DNA from: Pyrinomonadaceae bacterium
GTDB lineage: Bacteria > Acidobacteriota > Blastocatellia > Pyrinomonadales > Pyrinomonadaceae
Direction: 5' to 3'
NCBI GenBank assembly: GCA_044221625.1
Contig: JBGAOU010000016.1
Location: 12,709-76,708, forward strand
Length of the DNA: 64,000 bases
Every line of letters starts with the position of its first letter. The stretch's first letter is position 1. This document shows positions 46,816 through 56,842 of this stretch, piece after piece. Under the pieces are notes generated by a model. The model made no database searches, had not been told where the DNA came from, and worked only from the letters and a program-made list of their open reading frames with translations. A program made the translations under genes and the position numbers.

Positions 46816-48060
46816 ATGCCTGAACTTTTTCTCAAATTTAAGGACATCAACGGCCAGGAGCAACGCGTCCCGGTCGATAAGGTCAAGTTTGCCGTCGGGC
46901 GGCACTCGGCAAATGACCTCGCGATCGCTGACGGCCGGCTTTCGCGTGAGCACCTGCTGATCGAGCGTTTCGGAGATGTTTTTGTGGTCTCGGATCGCGG
47001 ATCGAGCAACGGCTCGAAACTGAACGGCGAGGCCCTGACCGCACCGGCGGCGATCACCGAAAATTGCCGTCTCGACCTGGGCGGATTTGAGATCGATGCC
47101 GAATTCGAGACGGACCAGCCGGAAGCTCAGCCCGCCGAGGAACCCGCGGCCGCCGCCGCACCTCCGGCCGCGCCGCCAGCCGCCCCTGCACCGGGTGGCA
47201 TCCCGACGAGCTTTTTTTATATTGCGCCGGCGGTCGCCGTTTTCATACTTGTCGGCGTGGGGCTGGCCTTGTTTCTGTTTGGCGGCAATGGGAAACAGCA
47301 AAATCGCGACATCGTCATAACCGACGACCCGATCGACGAGCCGGTCAAGCGAAAAACGCCGGTTGGACCGACCACTTCGGCCGCAAATTTGGGTGACGTT
47401 GTGCCGTCAGGCCCGACTCCGACGGGCAACACCGATGTGCCCGCGATGCCGCCCGCGGGTGACCTGACAGAAACCGCGAAACTCGAGGAAAACGCCAAGA
47501 GCTTTCTGCGGGCGATCGCACAGAATGACAAACGCGGCTTTATTACGGGTGCCAACGCCCAAATCGTCGGTGCCCGGATCGCCTCGATCAAGTCGAGTTC
47601 GTCGCTAGCCGACAACATCGCCTCGGCGCGAAAGAGCGCGGGCCAGATCCGCACGCTGGCACAATCAAAGAACCTAAAACCGCAGCTGCTCGCGGCGGCG
47701 GCGATCACAAAACTCGGTTCGCAACGCGGCGACGTGCTTCAGACCGCCCAGTCGATGGCCGATACGCTCGACAAATTGAGCGTTCAGGTCGGCAACGAGC
47801 TCGGCGACGATTGCCTGTTGATGATCGCCGCGTATGACCAGGGAGCCTCGGGCGACTTTATGCGGATGCGCAATATGCTGCAGAAACTTGCTACCGACTC
47901 GCCGCAGCTCGTCCGCGAGATCCGCACGATCTGGTACTTGAAAAAGAACGGCAAGATCACCGACAGCGAATACGATTTTGCCGTCCGTTTCCTTGCCGTC
48001 GGAACGATTATGCAAAATCCCAAGGCGTTTGGCGTCAATACTGAGGCACCTGGACTATAA
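46816..48060 (+). CDS. FHA domain - TM - degenerate SLT-like domain protein (paralog C)
   Basis: FHA: VGRHSANDLAIADGRLSREHLLI..DRGSSNGSKLNG. TM: FFYIAPAVAVFILVGVGLALFLF. The C-terminus keeps MIAAYDQGASG and the ..VGTIMQNPKAFGVN tail shared with A and B, but lacks the E-S catalytic motif. Confidence 0.75.
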   Translation: MPELFLKFKDINGQEQRVPVDKVKFAVGRHSANDLAIADGRLSREHLLIERFGDVFVVSDRGSSNGSKLNGEALTAPAAITENCRLDLGGFEIDAEFETDQPEAQPAEEPAAAAAPPAAPPAAPAPGGIPTSFFYIAPAVAVFILVGVGLALFLFGGNGKQQNRDIVITDDPIDEPVKRKTPVGPTTSAANLGDVVPSGPTPTGNTDVPAMPPAGDLTETAKLEENAKSFLRAIAQNDKRGFITGANAQIVGARIASIKSSSSLADNIASARKSAGQIRTLAQSKNLKPQLLAAAAITKLGSQRGDVLQTAQSMADTLDKLSVQVGNELGDDCLLMIAAYDQGASGDFMRMRNMLQKLATDSPQLVREIRTIWYLKKNGKITDSEYDFAVRFLAVGTIMQNPKAFGVNTEAPGL

Positions 48061-48064
48061 GATT

Positions 48065-48868
48065 ATGGAAAATGAAGAATGGGTAACCGGCAACATCGTT
48101 TTACGGGTACATGGTGAACCGCTCGAGATGCAGCTGACGGTACCGGCGGCACCGGTCAAACCGCAGCGGATGCTGCCGATCTTTCAGCAAATGTCGAGCG
48201 CAGTGGTCGATCTGAGCGTAAACTCGCTGGCCGGCGACAACATCGAGGTCTCGTGCAAGGCCGGCTGCGGAGCGTGCTGCCGTCAGGCGGTACCGATCTC
48301 GGAGGTCGAGGCATATCAGCTGGCCGACCTCGTCGCGGCGATGCCCGAGCCGCGTCAGTCAGTTATCAGAAAGCGGTTTGCCGACGCGCTCGCACATTTT
48401 GTCTCGATCAGGTGGTTTGACGAGCTGACCGACCTGCAGGACATGGCGTCGGCGCATCTGCCCGGATTTTCGCCAGAAAAGTACACTGAAACGGTCACGA
48501 ACTATATGAAGGAAGGCATTCCCTGCCCGTTCCTCGAGGACGAATCGTGTTCGATCCATCCCGACCGACCGCTGGTCTGCCGCGAATACCTGGTGACGTC
48601 GCCGGCCGAAAACTGTGCAAATCCGACCGCCGAAACCATCAAAAAGGTCCCGATCATCCTCAAGCCGTCAAAAGCGTTGCTAAAGGTCGGTCAGACCCGC
48701 AACACCGAGGGGCTCTCGTCGCTGATGATGATCGAGGCACTGGACTTTGTCGAGCGGCATCCGGACATCTTTGAGGAAAAGACCGGCGAGCGCTGGGCGG
48801 CCGATTTTTTCGGGCAGCTGACCCAGACCGAAATACCGGCCCCCGAAACGCCGGCCGACACGCTGTAG
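48065..48868 (+). CDS. YkgJ/UPF0153-type Cys-rich (CxxCxxCC) putative Fe-S/Zn protein
   Basis: CKAGCGACCRQ and CPFLEDESCSIHPDRPLVCREY. ORF 47978 trimmed to ATG 48065. Confidence 0.6.
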   Translation: MENEEWVTGNIVLRVHGEPLEMQLTVPAAPVKPQRMLPIFQQMSSAVVDLSVNSLAGDNIEVSCKAGCGACCRQAVPISEVEAYQLADLVAAMPEPRQSVIRKRFADALAHFVSIRWFDELTDLQDMASAHLPGFSPEKYTETVTNYMKEGIPCPFLEDESCSIHPDRPLVCREYLVTSPAENCANPTAETIKKVPIILKPSKALLKVGQTRNTEGLSSLMMIEALDFVERHPDIFEEKTGERWAADFFGQLTQTEIPAPETPADTL

Positions 48869-48976
48869 CGCTTGTTTCAACTGACCGGAAACTATCGCCC
48901 TGCAACGGGTTATTACGTGTTTTGCGCCATTTACTAATTGGCGAACTCGGTTTACTATTTACCTCTAAACTGGCTT

Positions 48977-50329
48977 ATGAGCAAATACCGAAAGATCGTC
49001 TGGAATGAAGGGATGCTGCTCACGCCGCATCACTTTCAGCAGTGGGACAACTACCACGAAGACCTGCTTCACTCACGTATCGGGTCGGTCGCCCCATTTT
49101 GCTACGGCATCCTCGACCTCAAGGTCAATAACGAGGCGATCGCTAACGCCAATTTTCAGATCACCCGCTGCCGGGCTGTGATGCCGGACGGCCTGATCGT
49201 AAATGTGCCCGATGTCGAATCGGTGCCCGATCTGCGGCCGGTCGGCGATCATTTTCACGCCGAGGCCGAGAAATTGGGCGTGCATCTGGCGATCCCGGCG
49301 ATGAAGGCCGGCGAGGCCAATTTTCAGGCAAACGGTGCAAAGGCAAGTTCGACGCTCAGGTACCTGCAGGAAGGCTCGCTCGCCAAGGACGAGACCAGCG
49401 GGACCAACGAACAGCCGCTCGCCTACGCCAAGAACAACCTTCGGATAATCTTTGACGACGAGCTCCGGGACGGATTTACCTCGATCAAGATCGCCGAACT
49501 CGAGCGAACGCCGACCGGGCAGCTGAAGATCTCGGACGACTACATTCCGCCGACGCTCAACTCGTCGAGCTCGGTTTGGCTCGGCGATATGATGCGCCAG
49601 TTCGTTGAGATATTGATCACCAAGAGCGGCAGCCTCGGCGAACAGCGTCGTCAGCGGCAGGCCGGATTGGCCGATTTTACGACCTCGGACACTGGCGTTT
49701 TCTGGCTGCTGCACACGATCAACTCGGCGATACCGGCGATGTCGCATTTTTTCCATTCGCCGCTGGTCCATCCGGAAAGGCTCTATCTCGAAATGGCGGG
49801 GCTGGTCGGAAAGTTGATGACATTTTCGACCGACTTTCACCCGCGGGACATCGTCAAGTACGACCACGACGACCTTTACTTTACGTTCTTTAACCTTGCG
49901 GCCCAGTTGCGGGAGCTGCTCGAAACGGTGATCCCGAGCCGGTGCGTCGCGATCCCGCTCGAAAAGACCCGCGAAACGCTCTACGTCGGCCGCGTCGAGG
50001 ACGAAAGGCTGCTCAAGGACGCCGCGTTCTATCTGGCCGTCCGTTCGCAGATCCCCGAGGCGAAGGTCATCGAGGGCGTTCCGCGTGTGGTTAAGATCGC
50101 CTCGCGCGACGTGATCGATTCGGTCATCGGGTCGGCACTGCCGGGCGTTGTTTTGACGCACGCCAATCCGCCGCCGGCCCCGATCCCGGCCCGTGTCGGC
50201 TTTAAGTACTTCCAACTTGATTCGATCGGACCGTATTGGGACGGGATCAAGGGCTCAAAGGTTTTGTCGGTGTACGTCCCCGACGAGATAACCGACGTCA
50301 AGCTCGAAATGTACGCGGTAAAACCCTAA
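48977..50329 (+). CDS. tssK: type VI secretion baseplate protein TssK
   Basis: N-terminal KIVWNEGMLLTPHHFQQWDNYHE is the TssK signature. ORF 48938 trimmed to ATG 48977. Context also supports the call. Confidence 0.85.
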   Translation: MSKYRKIVWNEGMLLTPHHFQQWDNYHEDLLHSRIGSVAPFCYGILDLKVNNEAIANANFQITRCRAVMPDGLIVNVPDVESVPDLRPVGDHFHAEAEKLGVHLAIPAMKAGEANFQANGAKASSTLRYLQEGSLAKDETSGTNEQPLAYAKNNLRIIFDDELRDGFTSIKIAELERTPTGQLKISDDYIPPTLNSSSSVWLGDMMRQFVEILITKSGSLGEQRRQRQAGLADFTTSDTGVFWLLHTINSAIPAMSHFFHSPLVHPERLYLEMAGLVGKLMTFSTDFHPRDIVKYDHDDLYFTFFNLAAQLRELLETVIPSRCVAIPLEKTRETLYVGRVEDERLLKDAAFYLAVRSQIPEAKVIEGVPRVVKIASRDVIDSVIGSALPGVVLTHANPPPAPIPARVGFKYFQLDSIGPYWDGIKGSKVLSVYVPDEITDVKLEMYAVKP

Positions 50330-50336
50330 TTGTCAT

Positions 50337-51014
50337 ATGGCCGAAATTGCCAGCAAAAACGATCTCGTGACCTTTGCCGGGCCGATCTTTGATCTGATCC
50401 TGCGCCTAAAGGCGAACATCGTCGCGCCGTCAAACGACCTTCGGCCAAAGATCGCCGGGCTGTTGGACGATTTTGAAAAGCGTGCCGAGCGATACAAGTT
50501 CAATCACAAGATCGTGTCCGTCTCAAAGTTTGCGTTGGCGTCATTTGTGGACGAGACGATCCTGACGAACAACTTCCCTTTGCGGTCGGAGTGGGAACGC
50601 AATCCGCTGCAGCTTGAATATTTTGGCGAGCAGCTGGCCGGCAATAAGTTTTTTGACAAGCTCGAATCGATGCTCCGCCAGATCGATGTCACGCAGGATG
50701 CGGTCGAGATCTATTACTACTGCATGCTGCTGGGATTCAAGGGCCGGTACGGTGTCTATGAACAGGAAAAATTGCTGGCGATAATGCAGTCGACCGCCAA
50801 CGCCCTGGTGAAGGCCGGAAAGATCAAACCGGTCGAACTGTCGCCGCACTGGCTGGCGAACGACCAACCCGAGGTCCCGAAGGATCGCGGATTGCCGACG
50901 TGGGCGAAGATCGGTGCATTTGGCGGGCTCGGCCTGGCGATGATCACATATTTGATAATGTTTTTGATGTCGTCGATGTACCTGAAAGAGGCCGTCGATA
51001 AGCTTCAGCGATAG
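50337..51014 (+). CDS. tssL: type VI secretion membrane protein TssL (DotU family)
   Basis: DotU-like FALASFVDETIL...YYYCMLLGFKGRY plus a C-terminal TM segment. Position is between tssK and tssM. Confidence 0.85.
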   Translation: MAEIASKNDLVTFAGPIFDLILRLKANIVAPSNDLRPKIAGLLDDFEKRAERYKFNHKIVSVSKFALASFVDETILTNNFPLRSEWERNPLQLEYFGEQLAGNKFFDKLESMLRQIDVTQDAVEIYYYCMLLGFKGRYGVYEQEKLLAIMQSTANALVKAGKIKPVELSPHWLANDQPEVPKDRGLPTWAKIGAFGGLGLAMITYLIMFLMSSMYLKEAVDKLQR

Positions 51015-51026
51015 TTATACGGGAAT

Positions 51027-54000
51027 ATGAGCTCTTGGCACACAAGCCAATTATCATACGCGTTCGGCATCGGCGGGATGATGTCGTTTTACGGCATTGT
51101 CGGCGTGATCGTGTATATGCTGCCGCCGAGCAGTGTCGGTAATACCGAAAAGATCGTCATCATCGCCCTCGTTCTGCTGACGCTGCCGTTTGCGTTGCTC
51201 ATCGCGTTCTTTGGAGCCCGTCGACGCAAAAAGCGTGAAGCCGCCGAAGCCGCGGCAGCAGGTGCCGCCGACCCGGCCGCAGCGGAAACGACCGCTAAGG
51301 CCGTCGCCGCCCCGACCGGCAAATACCCCGAACTTGAACAAGGCATCAGCGAAACGGTCCAGTTCCTGCGATCGTCAAACCTGGGCGAAGGCGGCAAGGA
51401 CGCACTTTACTCACTGCCGTGGTACATAGTCGCGGGCCCGCCGCGAAGCGGAAAGACCTCGCTGATCGTCGGCTCGGACCTTGATTTTCAGACACTCCCG
51501 AGCCAACGGCAGTCCGAGCAGAAATTTGTCCGTGCGACAACCTCGGTCAGCTGGCGGGTCACCAGCGAAGCTGTCTTTATTGACACCTCGGGCCGATATC
51601 AGACCGAGGGTGCCGACAGCGACGAGTGGAGTTCTCTGTTGGAACTTATCCGCAAAAACCGGCCAAATCGACCGATCGACGGTTTTTTGATAGCGGTCGA
51701 TGTCGAACAGATCATAAAGGGCGACGACCGCGGATCGGAGGAGATCGCAAAGGTCCTCAGGGCCCGTATCGACGACGCGATCCAGCGGCTCAAGGTCCGG
51801 TTTCCGGTTTACACGGTATTTACACATGCCGACGGCATCGAGGGATTTCGGGATTCATTTTCGATCTCAAAGAACGACGGCCGGTCGCTCGTTTGGGGCT
51901 CGACGATACCGCTCGACAAGGGCGAAAACGGCCAGTCGATGTTTGACGGCGAATTTGAACTGCTGCATAACTCGGCGATGAAACGCCGGCTGCTCAGGCT
52001 TTCGGCGCCGTTCCCGCCGGTCAGGCAGCTTCGAATTTTCAATTTCCCGCTGCATTTCGGCTCGGCACGCCGCAAGATCGGAGCGTTTGTCGGGACGCTT
52101 TTCCGGCCCAATCCGTTCAGCGAAAATCCGCTGTTCCGCGGGTTCTATTTCAGTGCGTCGCCGGCTGCAAAGTCGAGCCCGAACGCACCGCAGACCGTCG
52201 CCGACACCTACTTTACACATCGCTTTTTCCGGGATGTCCTGCTGCGGGACAAGGATGTCGTCCGTGCCTTTCAGGCGCAGAAGCAGGGAGCCCCGCTGCT
52301 CGGATGGGCGTCGATCTTTCTCGGAGCGGCCTTGACCATTCTGCTGCTCGCGTTATCGGGTGTTTCGCTTTACAACAACAAGAAGATGCTTGAGGACGCG
52401 CGGGCCCGCGGCGAGGCATTGATAGCGATCACGCAGACCCAGGCGTACAAAGACCCGGCAAAAGCTGACGAAAAGGCGACGCGAAACGAGATCGAGGCGA
52501 CCGAGGGACTCCGCGAACTGATCGTCAAGCTCGATGATTACGAGCGGAACGGTGCCCCGTGGTATATGCGTTTCGGGCTGTATTCGGGCAACAAGGTTTA
52601 CAAACAGCACCTGCTGAAGGTCTATATGGACGTGATCGAACACCGGTACAAGACCGCGACGATCGCCAAGGTCCAGGCCGACCTGAAGAAGTTCGCCGCT
52701 TCGAATCCGGTCATAAACCCGTCTCAGTTGACCGATGCCGAAGAGGCTCTGCTCGGCAAGAATTACGATCTGCTCAAGGCCTATCTGATGCTCGCCGGGC
52801 CGTACAAGGACAAAGCCGATTCGGCCCACATCGCCAGCGCGCTAAAAGATTACTGGACGACCGAGGGCAAGATCCCGGCCGACCTTAAGCCGAAAGCCGC
52901 GTTGCAGCTCGAGTTTTGGGCAAAACAGGTCGACCGCGACGATGAGGATTACGGATTTCCGCGGATACCGGTCGATGACAAACTGGTCGCCGACACACGG
53001 GCAAAACTGCAGGCTTTTCCCGCGGTCTTCAGATACTACAAGCGAAAGGTCACCGAGATATCCAAGACCGTCGATGAAAAGGTCGGCCCCACGACCGTCG
53101 ATGCAATTCTCGCCCGCAACGGCGCTGACGCCCGCTTTCTGGATGGCGCGTTTCAAGTCCGCAGCATCTTTACTCGTTCCGGCAACGAGTTGATGAAAAA
53201 AGCGATCGCCGAGGCTGACGAAAAACTGAGCGAAGACGATTGGGTAATGGGCGAGGTCGGCAAGTCGAAGATCGCTCAAACGACCGATTCCAAGAAACTC
53301 GAGGACCGCTATTACCGCGATTACGCCGATGAGTGGCGTGCGTTTGCCAAAGGGATCACCGTCAAACCGTACAAGACAAAAGAGGACGCGGCAGCGGCAC
53401 TGCAGGTATTTTCGCTCGAAAACTCGCCGATGAAGGTGCTGATGATCGAGATCTCGCGCAATACAAACCTCTCGGCACCGCCCGAAGTGGTCGGTTGGTG
53501 GGACTGGATCAAAAGCTTTTTTGTCTCACAGGAGAACGCCAACGCCGGTGGCACGCCGCCCGAAAAGGAATTTCAGCCGCTCTTTGAATTTGTCGGAAAG
53601 AAGGGCCAGAAGGACCGTGCCCCGATCGACAATTACGCAGCGGCACTGCAAAACGTCTATAAGAACCTGAACGGCATTTCGGCCGAAAAGCTCAAACAGG
53701 TCTCAGACGACCTCGCTAACGAAAAGGACGACGGCCTGAAACTGGTCTCGAATGAGCGTGCGATCACCGGCATGATCCAGAGCTTTACCACATCCTCAAC
53801 GCAGGAACTGGCGACCGTTCTGCAGCAGCCGCTCGGCAATCTCAAGAGCCTGCTCGGCCAGGGTGCTCAGGATCAGCTCAAAAAGGCCTGGAACGAACAG
53901 ATCATGCCCGCCGCCAAGGAGATCGAAAAGGGATTTCCGTTCGAAGACGGCCAGACCGAATCTGACCTGACAAAGCTGACGGCGTTCCTTAACCCGACGG

Positions 54001-54608
54001 ACGGCAAGCTTTCCAAATTCTACGACGACAGGCTGAAGAAGTATTTTGAGGAATCTAACGGTCAGTTGAAGCTCAAAGAAACGGCCGAGATCAAGTTTAG
54101 CGACGAGTTCGTGGCGTATCTGAACAACGCATTCGCCCTTAGAAAGGCTCTGTACGGGTCGGGCAACACGCCGAAGTTCGAATATGCATTTGCACTGAAG
54201 GTCGGCAAGGATTCGCTGGTCGAGGTGACCATCGACGGTCAAAAGGTCACGTCCGAGGGAACCGCGTCGATCAACGGCACGTTCCCCGCCGCCCAGTCGG
54301 CCGAAACGGGCGTGATCGTCAGTTCAGGTGCATCGGGTGCAACGACAACGGGACCGCCCGCCAGCACAAACTCAGCTGTGCCGCCGCCGACATCGTCAGA
54401 CTCGTCATCGCTTAAATTCCCTGGCACGTGGGGATTGTTCCGGTTCGTTGATGCCGGCAAGCCGCAGAAACAGGCGGGCGGTGAATACAATCTCAGCTAT
54501 TCGGTAGGCGGCAAGTCGGTCTCGGCGACGATCAAACCGAGCGGCGGAGACCTTTTTGACAAGAGCATATTCAGACGGGTCAAGGCTCCGCAAAATATGC
54601 TCAAGTAG
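51027..54608 (+). CDS. tssM: type VI secretion membrane ATPase-like protein TssM (IcmF family)
   Basis: 1193 aa with N-terminal TM helices and Walker A GPPRSGKTS. IcmF-like length and context. Confidence 0.9.
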   Translation: MSSWHTSQLSYAFGIGGMMSFYGIVGVIVYMLPPSSVGNTEKIVIIALVLLTLPFALLIAFFGARRRKKREAAEAAAAGAADPAAAETTAKAVAAPTGKYPELEQGISETVQFLRSSNLGEGGKDALYSLPWYIVAGPPRSGKTSLIVGSDLDFQTLPSQRQSEQKFVRATTSVSWRVTSEAVFIDTSGRYQTEGADSDEWSSLLELIRKNRPNRPIDGFLIAVDVEQIIKGDDRGSEEIAKVLRARIDDAIQRLKVRFPVYTVFTHADGIEGFRDSFSISKNDGRSLVWGSTIPLDKGENGQSMFDGEFELLHNSAMKRRLLRLSAPFPPVRQLRIFNFPLHFGSARRKIGAFVGTLFRPNPFSENPLFRGFYFSASPAAKSSPNAPQTVADTYFTHRFFRDVLLRDKDVVRAFQAQKQGAPLLGWASIFLGAALTILLLALSGVSLYNNKKMLEDARARGEALIAITQTQAYKDPAKADEKATRNEIEATEGLRELIVKLDDYERNGAPWYMRFGLYSGNKVYKQHLLKVYMDVIEHRYKTATIAKVQADLKKFAASNPVINPSQLTDAEEALLGKNYDLLKAYLMLAGPYKDKADSAHIASALKDYWTTEGKIPADLKPKAALQLEFWAKQVDRDDEDYGFPRIPVDDKLVADTRAKLQAFPAVFRYYKRKVTEISKTVDEKVGPTTVDAILARNGADARFLDGAFQVRSIFTRSGNELMKKAIAEADEKLSEDDWVMGEVGKSKIAQTTDSKKLEDRYYRDYADEWRAFAKGITVKPYKTKEDAAAALQVFSLENSPMKVLMIEISRNTNLSAPPEVVGWWDWIKSFFVSQENANAGGTPPEKEFQPLFEFVGKKGQKDRAPIDNYAAALQNVYKNLNGISAEKLKQVSDDLANEKDDGLKLVSNERAITGMIQSFTTSSTQELATVLQQPLGNLKSLLGQGAQDQLKKAWNEQIMPAAKEIEKGFPFEDGQTESDLTKLTAFLNPTDGKLSKFYDDRLKKYFEESNGQLKLKETAEIKFSDEFVAYLNNAFALRKALYGSGNTPKFEYAFALKVGKDSLVEVTIDGQKVTSEGTASINGTFPAAQSAETGVIVSSGASGATTTGPPASTNSAVPPPTSSDSSSLKFPGTWGLFRFVDAGKPQKQAGGEYNLSYSVGGKSVSATIKPSGGDLFDKSIFRRVKAPQNMLK

Positions 54609-54628
54609 CCGTCGAATTGGAGGATATT

Positions 54629-55423
54629 ATGCAAAACGCAAAACAATTGCTGGAGTCGGGCGATCTGACGGGTTCGATCGCGTCGGTGCTGGATCACGTT
54701 CGTGATAATCCGACCGACATTCCGGCGAGAATATTCCTGTTCGAACTTTCGTGCTTTTCCGGTGACTGGGATCGGGCCGAAAAGCAGCTCGACGTTATAG
54801 GCCATCAGGATGCCAACGCGATGATCGGATCGCTGATCTACCGTAATAATTTCAAGGCCGAACGCGATCGCGAGCGTTATTTTACCGACGGGCTCAAGCC
54901 CGGCATCATCGCACCGCCGCCGACCTATGTCGAGGACCTGATCCAGGCCAACAATCGTATCCGTGAGGGCAATGTCGCCGAGGCCCGCGAGATGCTCGAC
55001 CGGATCGAAGAAGAACGTCCGGCATTCAAGGCGTCCGTGAACGGCGGCGAGGTCAGTGATTTTCGCGACTATAACGACTCGACGATGTGCATCTTTGAGG
55101 TGATATTCAAGGATTCGTACGTCTGGCTGCCGATCGAACAGGTGCAGAGCATCGAGTTCTTTAAACCGGCGTCGCTGCGGGACCTTTTCTGGATACAAGC
55201 CAAGGTCGAACTTGTCGACGGCACCAACGGCGAGATGTTCTTCCCGTCGCTCTATTCGGGCTCATACCATAGCGGCAATGACATGGTCAGACTCGGCCGA
55301 ATGACGGATTGGCGTGACCTCGGGTCGGAGCTTTTCGCCGGCGAAGGACTAAAATTATATTGGATGGACGGCAGGGACAGGTCGATACTTGACCTCGAAA
55401 CCATCGTGTTCGAGCACGAGTAG
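54629..55423 (+). CDS. tagJ: T6SS accessory protein TagJ (ImpE/SciE family)
   Basis: TPR-like N-terminus (AKQLLESGDLTGSIASVLDHVRDNPTD...) and an ImpE-like C-terminal half. ATG 54629 within ORF 54617. Confidence 0.65.
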   Translation: MQNAKQLLESGDLTGSIASVLDHVRDNPTDIPARIFLFELSCFSGDWDRAEKQLDVIGHQDANAMIGSLIYRNNFKAERDRERYFTDGLKPGIIAPPPTYVEDLIQANNRIREGNVAEAREMLDRIEEERPAFKASVNGGEVSDFRDYNDSTMCIFEVIFKDSYVWLPIEQVQSIEFFKPASLRDLFWIQAKVELVDGTNGEMFFPSLYSGSYHSGNDMVRLGRMTDWRDLGSELFAGEGLKLYWMDGRDRSILDLETIVFEHE

Positions 55424-55539
55424 GCCGTCGATCAAGAAAAATAGTGATTTATATCTATTTTTCGGATAGAATGAAGCGTATTTCAGCAAATTCTTGAGAT
55501 CCGAACGTCTTTGTCTATTAGTAGCAAGGAGTTTTTCGA

Positions 55540-56733
55540 ATGAATGAGGAATTGTCGGTTCCGCAAGTGATCGACCTCGATGCACTGCTTCAACCGGTGT
55601 CGGAAGAGTCGCCGTCGGGCGAAAGCCTGCGATATTCGGGCCTCTACGACGAGATCGTCGAAGCACGCCGCTCGGATGACAACCTGAGCCAGGGCGAGTG
55701 GCAGACCGAACTTAAGGTCGCTGATTACCGAAAGGTCGTGGAACTTGCCGTTCCCGCCCTGACCTCAAAGGCCAAGGATCTGCAGGTCGCCGCCTGGCTC
55801 TCAGAATCGCTGATAAAAAATTACGGCTTTGCCGGCCTCCGCGACAGCCTCAAACTCGTCAGCGGGCTGCAGGATCATTTTTGGGATACGCTCCATCCGG
55901 TTATCGACGAAGGCGACATGGAGGGGCGGGCAAACGCGATCTCGTGGCTCGACGTCCAGGGAGCAAATGCCATCAAGACCTGTCCGATCACGGGCGGGCC
56001 CGGCTATTCATACAATGATTGGCTGACGGCACGGTCGCTCGAAACGCCGGCCAATTTTGACTCGCTCGACCCTGAAAAACAACAGGAATTCAACAACCTG
56101 AAAGCGCAGGCCGAAACTGACGGCCGCGTGACCGGCGACCTTTGGAAGATAGCGGTCGGCAAGACAAAACGTGCCCAGGCAGAGTCGATCAATCACACGA
56201 TCGAAGAGTGCTGGGAGGCATTTGCCGAACTTAATCGCGTCATCGAGGAAAAATACGACCGCAATCAAATGCCCGGACTCGGGGCCCTAAAACGCGCGCT
56301 TGATGATGTTCACGGACAGGTCAAAAAGATACTCGAACGAAAACGCCTCGAAGAACCCGATGAAACCGATGCGAGTGAAGAATGGACGTCAACCGAAGAC
56401 GACGGGGCCGAGGTCCCGGAAACCGGCGGTTCGTCGTCGATGACGGGTGCGGTCAAGTCGCGGGCCGACGCGCTCAAGCGGCTGTCCGAGATCGCTGTTT
56501 TCTTTCAGCGGACCGAACCGCACAGCCCGGTCGCGTACCTGGTAAACCGGGCTGTCAAGTGGGGCAATATGCCGCTCGACAGCTGGCTTCAGGAGGTCAT
56601 TAAAGACACGGCCACGCTCGAGCAGGTGAACGAAATGCTCGGTATCGGCGGTTCCTCCGGCGGCGGCGACTATTACTCGGCACCGGCGGAAGAAACCCCG
56701 GATCAAGGTTCGAGTTCGAGTGATGAGTGGTAA
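55540..56733 (+). CDS. tssA: type VI secretion protein TssA (ImpA N-terminal domain)
   Basis: LLQPVSEESPSGESLRYSGLYDEIVEARR (ImpA_N signature) and the C-terminal EPHSPVAYLVNRAVKWGNMPL. RBS AAGGAG. Confidence 0.85.
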   Translation: MNEELSVPQVIDLDALLQPVSEESPSGESLRYSGLYDEIVEARRSDDNLSQGEWQTELKVADYRKVVELAVPALTSKAKDLQVAAWLSESLIKNYGFAGLRDSLKLVSGLQDHFWDTLHPVIDEGDMEGRANAISWLDVQGANAIKTCPITGGPGYSYNDWLTARSLETPANFDSLDPEKQQEFNNLKAQAETDGRVTGDLWKIAVGKTKRAQAESINHTIEECWEAFAELNRVIEEKYDRNQMPGLGALKRALDDVHGQVKKILERKRLEEPDETDASEEWTSTEDDGAEVPETGGSSSMTGAVKSRADALKRLSEIAVFFQRTEPHSPVAYLVNRAVKWGNMPLDSWLQEVIKDTATLEQVNEMLGIGGSSGGGDYYSAPAEETPDQGSSSSDEW

Positions 56734-56842
56734 CGCCGCGGGCTGAAACGGAAGCGCCCTTTTCAGACGTACCCGATGCCCGATGAGATTTTGCAATTAT
56801 TGGTCTTAGATAAATGGTTAAAGCCTAAGGAGAAAATAGAAC

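Noticed and set aside
49073-50215. 380-aa minus-strand ORF
   Set aside because: Antisense shadow of tssK with Arg-rich composition.
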